The notes below the pieces were generated by a model. It was not told the DNA's origin, ran no database searches, and saw only the letters and a list, made by a program, of their open reading frames with translations. From contig NW_021832729.1 in NCBI RefSeq assembly GCF_006345805.1, positions 1-45,950 on the forward strand: a stretch of 45,950 nt of DNA, given 5' to 3'. Shown piece by piece: positions 37,741 through 45,950 of the stretch (the stretch's first letter is position 1; each line of letters opens with the position of its first letter). Origin of the DNA: Octopus sinensis (Eukaryota). The position numbers were made by a program, and so were the translations under genes.

Positions 37741-38093
37741 TATGTATATACACAATATTTATATACATATATTTATACATATGTATATATATATATATAC
37801 ATAGACATATATTGTATAAATATACATATATATTTATATATATATACATTGTGTGTGTATGTGTGTGTACACTTATGTATTCATGTATATAAATGTGTGC
37901 GTGTGCATACATACGGGCAGCAGAACTTGTCCTCGTTTGAGCCAATAAAAGTATTAGAAAAACACACGCAACCTTTGACCTTCTTCGCGAAAAATATCAG
38001 CCCCTATTTAAAACTTCAGCAGACTTAGGTAAAAACAAGTCTATGACTTGGAACTTATGCATACAGGTATTCACCAACACATTAGCAGATATA

Positions 38094-38194
<101 letters not shown>

Positions 38195-38215
38195 TATATA
38201 TATATGTATATGTAT

Positions 38216-38251
<36 letters not shown>

Positions 38252-39289
38252 ATATAATATATATATATACATATGTATATATATACATAAACATATTATA
38301 TATATATATATATATATAACGTTTAACTATATGTGTGCGTGCGTATGTGTGCCCGTATTGTATGTTTAGATTTTACACACACGTGATTTGCTGGCGCTCT
38401 TACTCGCGTTACTCTATTTAGATCATACGATCTTAAGTGTACCTTGGGTCTTTCTCTTCCGAGTACAAATGACAAATGCAAAGACGATACAAGAGTCGAA
38501 AAAAGCAACAAAACCTGTTTTGCCGGTGCCTACCATATCATCATTTTGATTAAAATCAATATTATGGCGTCGCGACACTCAAATATCAACAGACCAATTT
38601 TTAGTAAGCTTTGTGCAATCATTCTCATTTTTTTTTTGTATTGTTTTGTTTTTGTCTTATAGTTGTTGTTGTTGTTATTGGTGGTGGTGGTGGTGGTGAT
38701 GGTGGTGGTGGTGGTGGGGATGTCGTTGTCGTCATTTGTATACTGTTTATGCTCTTCTATTAAAGGCCGTAAGGTAAGATGGCTGAGTTACTGCAAAGAG
38801 AAACAAAACCAACGATCTTTCACTTGGATTTTAAAAAGACAAACAATATGGACATTTTTTCGTCTGGAAACAGTTATTTTTTTTTTTTTGTCAGTCGATC
38901 GACGATACGTCAGCCAAATCTCCCTTAGATCACATTCTAATGACAAGGTGGGTAATATGGTTATGGGCACACTGTTTCCATGACAAAAGGACTTTAAAAG
39001 TTTCGTGGGTGCGTCGGACTGATTCTGAACATTCTACCTGCTCGCCTTATATATTTGTGTGTGTGCGTGCGTGCACGCGTGTGCGTGCGTGTGCGTGTGC
39101 GTGCGTGTGCGTGTGCGTGTATGTGTGTGTGTGGTGTGTGTGTGTGTGTGTATGTGTGTGTGTGTGTGTGTGCAAAATATTCCATTGCTATATTTCCACT
39201 TGATGTCAAGCTATGTTTTGTAATTCGTCTTTATGATGTCACCCCACCCTGTTGCAATTGCCGCAAATAAAACAACGATAAGTTGCGGC

Positions 39290-39317
39290 AGTAGCAATAG
39301 CAGCAGCGGCAGCAGCG

Positions 39318-39368
<51 letters not shown>

Positions 39369-39392
39369 ATAGTAGTAGTAGTAGTAGTAGTC
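39290..39392. repeat. (AGC)n(AGT)n microsatellite
   Basis: Direct reading. Confidence 0.9.
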
Positions 39393-40344
39393 AAAAAACA
39401 AGATCGGGTGTTAATTAGTTCGTGCAACGTGGTGTGTGGCATCGGTGGAGGCTTTTGATATTAAAAATAATGTTTGGATAGTCTGGGTGGTCCAAGAGTG
39501 GCATCGGCGTTGTAGAATTTAATGAGGCGAAGACGTATGTGTGTGTGTGTGTGTTTGTTGTGTATGTGTATTTGTGAGTGTGTGTATGATTGTGTGTGTG
39601 TGACAGTGTTTGGTAACGGTATGGCATCGAGGCGAAGCTCCAGCATAGTCTTAACTGTAATGCCTGAAGCAGACTGTAAAACTAAAGGACTTACACACTG
39701 AGAACACTCACATACGCACTCATACACATGCACAGCACAATTGCACACATACGTACAAATATACATACATACACACTCGCACACATACACATATACACAG
39801 ACGCATACACAAAGATTAAAACAAACGCACAAACATGCACACATATAAACACACAACACACAGACACACTCACACACACACACACACATACACACACACG
39901 GGTCAATTATGAAACCTATCCCGTGGCCATTACTGACAGTGAAGTGCTACACCAACCGGGAGTATCTACTCAGATGTGGGCAATGCAACAAGAGAGCCTT
40001 TACGCGGTCGTTCACTCTGCTAAAAGTAGCAGTCTAATCTCCTTCAGTCATACTCAACTATTTTTAAACAGCAAAGGGTACATTGGACAATGTAGTCCTA
40101 GATATACAATGGCTAGCATTCCTGTGATCGTAGATCAGGATTGACAGTGAGTTAAATAAAAAGAACTTGATGGACCAACGAAGTCACTCGATCTGGAAGA
40201 AATAATACCTAAATCTCCTTCAAACATCACCTTATCGCCTCAAAAGGGTTGGAGCCATTAGATAGTGGTTCCAAATTTGGGCGCAAGTTTAGGAGAGGGG
40301 TTAATCGATTACGTCAGCCCCGGTTATCGACACTTGAGAGAGAA

Positions 40345-41385
40345 CTTGGCATTAGCTCTGAATTAAATGAAGAACCTGAAACACTACCGTCTAACAAGCA
40401 AAACGAGTCAAGCAGACTGCAAAAAAGAACGGGCAGTAACAAACTGAGGGGCGGTGGAACTAGAAGCCCTTGCATGGACAGTATATTCTTCGCAGTCGAA
40501 ATGCTGATGTAGACCAAGCAACAACCCATCAGTGGTTGAGAAGTTCAGGACTGAAAGCAGATGCTGAAGGTTTCATATTGACCGCTCAAGCTCAAAGCTT
40601 GCTTGCCAGAGACTACCGTTCTTCAAAACGTTTCTAACCTTACATGCAGATTCCACGACACATTTGACGAAACAATAGACAGTCTCGTCACAGGATGTCC
40701 TATGCTGACACCAAGCGAATACAAAAATCCCCACGATAGGGTAGGACAGTATTTACATTGGAAAATATGTAAACACTACGAAATCAGCACTCCTGCTTAT
40801 TGGTATGAACATCATCCTGAGCCAGTCGTTGAATATAACAATGTCACTATCCTCTGGAATTTTCTAGTCAACACTGACAGGACGATCCAGATTAATCGAC
40901 CAGACATAATTATTAAAAACAGGGAAGAAAACATCTAAGTATTCCCACTGAAAAAATATATTTGTAAAAGAATTTGAAAAATTAAGTAAACATACGAGGG
41001 AGGACATACGTAAGGACCTGGAAATCGAAATACAAAAGATGTCGCATCTTAAAGCGAGAACTGTTCCTGTTATTGTGGGTGCCCTAGGGATGATAAAAAA
41101 AGGAATGTTAGAAACATCTAGACAACATCCCAGGAAAACCATGTGTTAGAGAAATCAAAAAGATTATGCTGACAAGTACTAGCCACATCCTTAGAAAAAC
41201 CCTATCAATTTGAATGCCTGTGTTGTATTACATGAAGATATTTCGTTACTGCGCCTGCCACGTCCCCTCCTCAAGCTTTCGGTCATACATCTCTTATCCT
41301 TCCATCGCCCTAGGACGTTGGGTGTGTCTCGGCAGGTGATTGTAACAAATATGTAACCAAAAAGTAAATAACAATAATAGTAGTT
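40345..41385 (+). mobile_element. RLE-type non-LTR retrotransposon 3' fragment (R4/Dong clade), family 2
   Basis: KPLHGQY...QWLRSSGLKADAEGFILTAQAQSL; CRFH..DETIDSLVTGC; WYEHHPEPV...ILWN...TDRTIQINRPDIIIK; DLEIEI...VPVIVGALG; ends near an AATAAC/AATAAT tail. Confidence 0.9.
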
Positions 41386-41480
41386 TTAAATTTTGGCATA
41401 AGGTTGTTAGTCGATTACATCGACTTCAGTACTTGATTGGTACTTTATTTATCGGCCCCGAAAGGATGGAAGGCAAAGTG
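41385..41480 (-). mobile_element. SINE-C fragment, tail type 2
   Basis: Minus strand ...GTCGATGTAATCGACTAACAACCTTATGCCAAAATTTAAAAC. Confidence 0.65.
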
Positions 41481-42401
41481 TTTGAGCTGTGTATGTAAAG
41501 AGTCAGAAGAAGTGCCGCTAAGCCTTTTGTCCGACGTGCTAACAATTGTGCAGTTCTTTCTTCACTACGAGATTAAAAGTTTTCAAAAAGAGAATGATTT
41601 GCAGCGACACCAGCTCATCTTTATTTTCTTTTGTTTTGCTTTTGTTATTGTCAATTGTTAGAATGTCAAATTAAATGAATTGAGGAATGTTTTCAAATTC
41701 TTTATGTTCTGAGTTCAAATCCTGTCGAGGCTAACTTTGTTGTTTATTCTCCTGAAGTCAACGCATTTCGCTGGAGTCGAGCTAAGACTACAGTAAAAGA
41801 CACTTGTCCGAGATACCATGCGTCGGAGAACTGAAATCTTGTGGTTGCGAAGCATATTTTTTACCATTCGGCCTCTCCGTCTTTGAAAAGAAACACTGAA
41901 AATGCTGTCTGCGAGTATAATTCCAAAATGTAAGAAGGGACAGTCATATCCGGAACATCTTTGACACATTGGCTTTAAGCTAAAATAAAAAGTGATCGGT
42001 AGCTTAATAACAACAATCCTGTCATAGACGCCCGGAATAATGCAAAGTAAAGTTATTCTTGATGGGATTGAAACTGCCTGACTTAAATTCATCAAGGTAT
42101 TTAATCTGTCGATCTAAAAAATACATTGCTATCCCACTAAATAAGAATACTAAAATATGGGAATTATGTTGAAAACAGCTATTTACAAAATGTTGCTAGA
42201 TTTAATCGCTATAATAATTTATGTAACATCAAAAATTCCTTTGGAATATAATTGAAAAACTTTAGAATTTTTATACATTCTAAAGAATTTTCATTGGCTG
42301 GAAACATTTTTAGACATTTTATTGTTTTTTAGATTTATATCCTGCTATATTTCTATATATCCTGTATGTGTATATATGTATATAAATATATACATGTGTG
42401 T

Positions 42402-42434
<33 letters not shown>

Positions 42435-43959
42435 CTGTAGATATCTAGAAAGACAGAGAGACAGATATATAAGGATACATACACACATCATAAAAACAAA
42501 TCTGCAAATAACAGGCACAGGGATATATGCAGCTTGAAAACAGATGCAACTATACACACATATGCACACAAATGCGCGCGCACGCACATACACCCACAAG
42601 TAAATCCATACACATGGACATACAAATGTATCTATGCACACATATACACATAAACAGAAACATACATATGCATTCACTTACACAGGCGCAGAGATACGAA
42701 CGCACAAACATCGACACGCGCGTGTGCACATACACACACACTACAAACAAACGTAATACAATTGCATATAAACACAAACATACAAGCATACACACAACAC
42801 GCCACACAAACGCATCTACACGATTACATTTAAACACAAACATACACATAGAAACACTCTTAGAACCAGCCACACATATAAATACGCACAAAACCACACT
42901 TACAAACATATTCACTAACACATTCACATGTACGTACACAGCGTGCACGCACATATATATACACACATGGCAGAATAAATAGATAACTATACAGAGAGAT
43001 AGAAAGACAGACAGAAGGAGAGAAAAATACGAGAAATAGAAAGTTGAATGACGTTTATCAGTGAATGAGATCGTAATTATGAAACAGTTATCTCACTTGC
43101 GGAATAGAAATGGTGAATTAAAGACTAGGGGGTGGAGGTAAAACTATGCGAAATTAGGAACCAGCTAAAAGGGCATAGCGATATTGTCAGCGCCAGGATT
43201 AAAACGTCGGAGACAAATGTAATTATTAGAACACGCACAAAAAAAAACAAATACACACATTTTTGTGTCTGTGTAACTGTCTATGTGTACTTATGTAAAA
43301 ATGTATATACATGCATGTGTGTGCTTGTGTATGTGTGTGTGTGTGTGTGCGGGCGTGCGTGCGTGTGTGTGACTTTAGTCAGTTTTATTTCAAGATTTCT
43401 TGCCAATAGAGAAGGAGCCGATTTCTAACCTAGATCCAAGGCCCCTTCATTGGAATTTCAACATCAGCAAGGTATTTTTGTATGTACGTATGTGTGCATA
43501 TGTTCAGTATTTGGAGTCTGTTCATGTGTAGATTTCCTCAACATGAGTGACAAGGGGTTTACTGAAAGTATGATCGACATCACAAAGAGGCTGTCCCCTT
43601 GGAATTTATCTCTGAAAAAATACAATCACACTTTGTATTTAATTTCAAGATGGTGGACCATGATGAAGTCAGGTCTGCTATGGCTTTCACTGTGCTCTGT
43701 GGATCTTAGAAACTTGAAAGGCTTCTGGCATCCATGAGTGGGGGACAATATCAAAGGCTTTCTTGTAGTTCGGTCACATTGAAGCTAAATTCTTCTTGTG
43801 CTTCTGCACCTCTGCTTTGAGATTCACCGTTTCCTCCAATATAAGTATGTGTTTGCGAGTGAGTGTGTATGTATTTATGTATGTGAATGTATATATGTAA
43901 ATGTATGTGTGTGTGTACGTATGTGAATATACAAATGTGTACATTTATATATATATATA

Positions 43960-44180
43960 TCACGTGATCACGTGACCGACCAGACCATCAGATGTGTTAC
44001 ACATCGCTGGTCACAATGCGTTCGCATTGTTTTAGCCTTCGAATGACGCCACCACGCTGGCTAAGCGAGCAGGCCAACAGAAGAAAGAGTGGGAGAAAGA
44101 GTGGTGAAAGAGTACAGCAGGGATCACGATCCTGCGACCGCGCGTCCGCTGCCCTAACCACTAGGCCATTGCGCATCCAC
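43960..44180 (-). mobile_element. SINE-D with internal deletion
   Basis: Head joined to GATCCCTGCTGTACTC body; tail GGTCACGTGATCACGTGAT then (TA)n. Confidence 0.85.
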
Positions 44181-44200
44181 ATATATATGTAAATATATAT

Positions 44201-44263
<63 letters not shown>

Positions 44264-44714
44264 CACATATATGCGAGTGTGTGCGGATACGTGTGCGTGT
44301 GTTCTAATGTATCAATGTATATGCATATATGATGTATGCGCATATATAAATGCGTGTAGGCATATATTACACACACACATACTGTACATACTCATGAGAA
44401 AGATATCTGTATTTTATACGTATTCGTATTAACAATGAGTATGTATACACACACACACACACACACACACCTATATATTATATATATATATATATATATA
44501 ATATATATATATATATATTCAAATATATAATTGTACATGTGCCTGTGTGCATGTGTGTGTGTGTGTGCGTGCGTATGTGTGCAAAAGAATTAACATACAA
44601 TACAATGATATTAGAGATACTCTTCATACATTCTTATGTAATGGTTTACAGGTCTCAGTCGGAAAGTAATTAGTCATACGAGAGTTAAATAGCAAACCAA
44701 CTTTCACAAGTACT

Positions 44715-44767
44715 TTTTACTATTATCATTATCATCATCATCATCATCATCTATCATCATCAATCAC

Positions 44768-44801
<34 letters not shown>

Positions 44802-44965
44802 TGATTATTATTATTATTATTATCATTATTATTATTATTATTATTATTATTTTATTATTATTATTATTATATTATTATTATTATTATCATTATATTATTG
44901 TTATTATTATCATTATTTTATTGTTATTATTATTATTATTATTATTATTTTATTATTATTATTAT
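44715..44965. repeat. (ATC)n(ATT)n microsatellite
   Basis: Direct reading. Confidence 0.95.
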
Positions 44966-45289
44966 AATTGTTCAAGTTGCCATATTTTTATAGCTTGCTT
45001 TTACTACTCTGCTAAACGTTTCTCTGTGCTTGTTGTGGGTTTATTTATTTTTTTTTTTTTTTTATATTTCCTATATAATTTTTTTTTTTTATGTCGATCC
45101 TATTGTGCTGAAAAATACTCTCCGTAGCCTGTGCATACAGCAAGTGCTTAGTGGATCTGCTTTCATATATATCGTGCATATTCATAAGCCTTAGGCTTTC
45201 GGCTTGTGCTTGCTTCCCAATTCATTTTATTATACACCGTTTTAGGCCCTGCCTTTTTCCCTTCTCCCTTCTCTATACTCTTTACTCTT

Positions 45290-45697
45290 TACTCTTTACT
45301 CTTTACTCTTACTTGTTTCAGTCATTTGACTGCGGCCATACTGGAGCACCGCCTTTAGTCGATCAGATCGACCCCGGGACTTATTCGTTGTAAGCCCAGT
45401 ACTTATTCTATCGGTCTCTTTTGCCGAACCGCTAAGTGACGGGGACGTAAACACACCAGCTTCGGTTGTCAAGCAATGCTAGGGGGACAAACACAGACAC
45501 ACAAATCCACATATACATATATATACATATATACGACAGGCTTCTTTCAGTTTCCGTCTACCAAATCCACTCACAAGGCATTGGTCGGCCCGGGGCTATA
45601 GCAGAAGACACTTGCCCAAGATGCCACGCAGTGGGACTGAACCCGGAACCATGTGGTTGGTTAGCAAGCTACTTACCACACAGCCACTCCTGCGCCT
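45290..45697 (-). mobile_element. SINE-A full length
   Basis: Reverse complement nearly identical to 37346-37730; (AGAGTAA)n tail. Confidence 0.92.
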
Positions 45698-45950
45698 ATA
45701 TTGATATTTAAACCATTTTCCAATTTCTTTGAGAGGCATCATGTTCTTTTGTGACTGACAATCCGATTGAGAGGTCCAAACTTATCTTGCTACCTTTGAC
45801 AACATCCAACATATTATCTCGTCCCCTCTCTGCCGTATTCCAGAGAGTGGTCAGGCTCACTTAATCATTGTCTGTGGCCGTTTCTGGTTTTTGTCTATAC
45901 TGCCTCTTTTGTGTTGATATTTCATAATGTTCGTATAACTTTCAATGTAT

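Noticed and set aside
45700-45950. Possible RT-like peptide on minus (…KEIGKWFK)
   Set aside because: Single short motif, interrupted frames, cut by the window edge

Overview
AT-rich, microsatellite-saturated animal DNA. The SINE families and repeat landscape suggest an Octopus genome (inference). I recognise no intact host gene, rRNA, tRNA gene or CRISPR array, and nearly all ORFs in the track are translated microsatellites. The window is a layered transposon graveyard. It holds about 20 tRNA-type SINE copies (my labels A, C, D, E, G, H) and a decayed Ty3/Gypsy gag-PR-RT (4.9-6.7 kb, -). It also holds three Penelope-like RT/GIY-YIG remnants (3.6, 15.2 and 34.2-36.1 kb) and two Penelope pseudo-LTR tips carrying minimal hammerhead-like motifs (17.2 and 32.2 kb). 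Two restriction-like-endonuclease LINE 3' fragments (23.3 and 40.3 kb), an internally deleted maT/Tc1-mariner element (24.5 kb), a Tx1/L1-clade 3' fragment embedded in (GATA)n (25.4-26.1 kb) and Helentron/DINE-like elements complete the set. Best leads: (1) the last 41 nt of the Tx1 LINE match the 3' tail of one SINE-C subfamily (32/41, ungapped), while other SINE-C copies carry a different tail, suggesting a tail-swapped SINE/Tx1 partnership acting at microsatellites; (2) two insertions flanked by unusually long direct duplications (~104 and ~243 bp); (3) hammerhead-bearing inserts nested in (TA)n. Coordinates were read by eye and edges are approximate unless stated.
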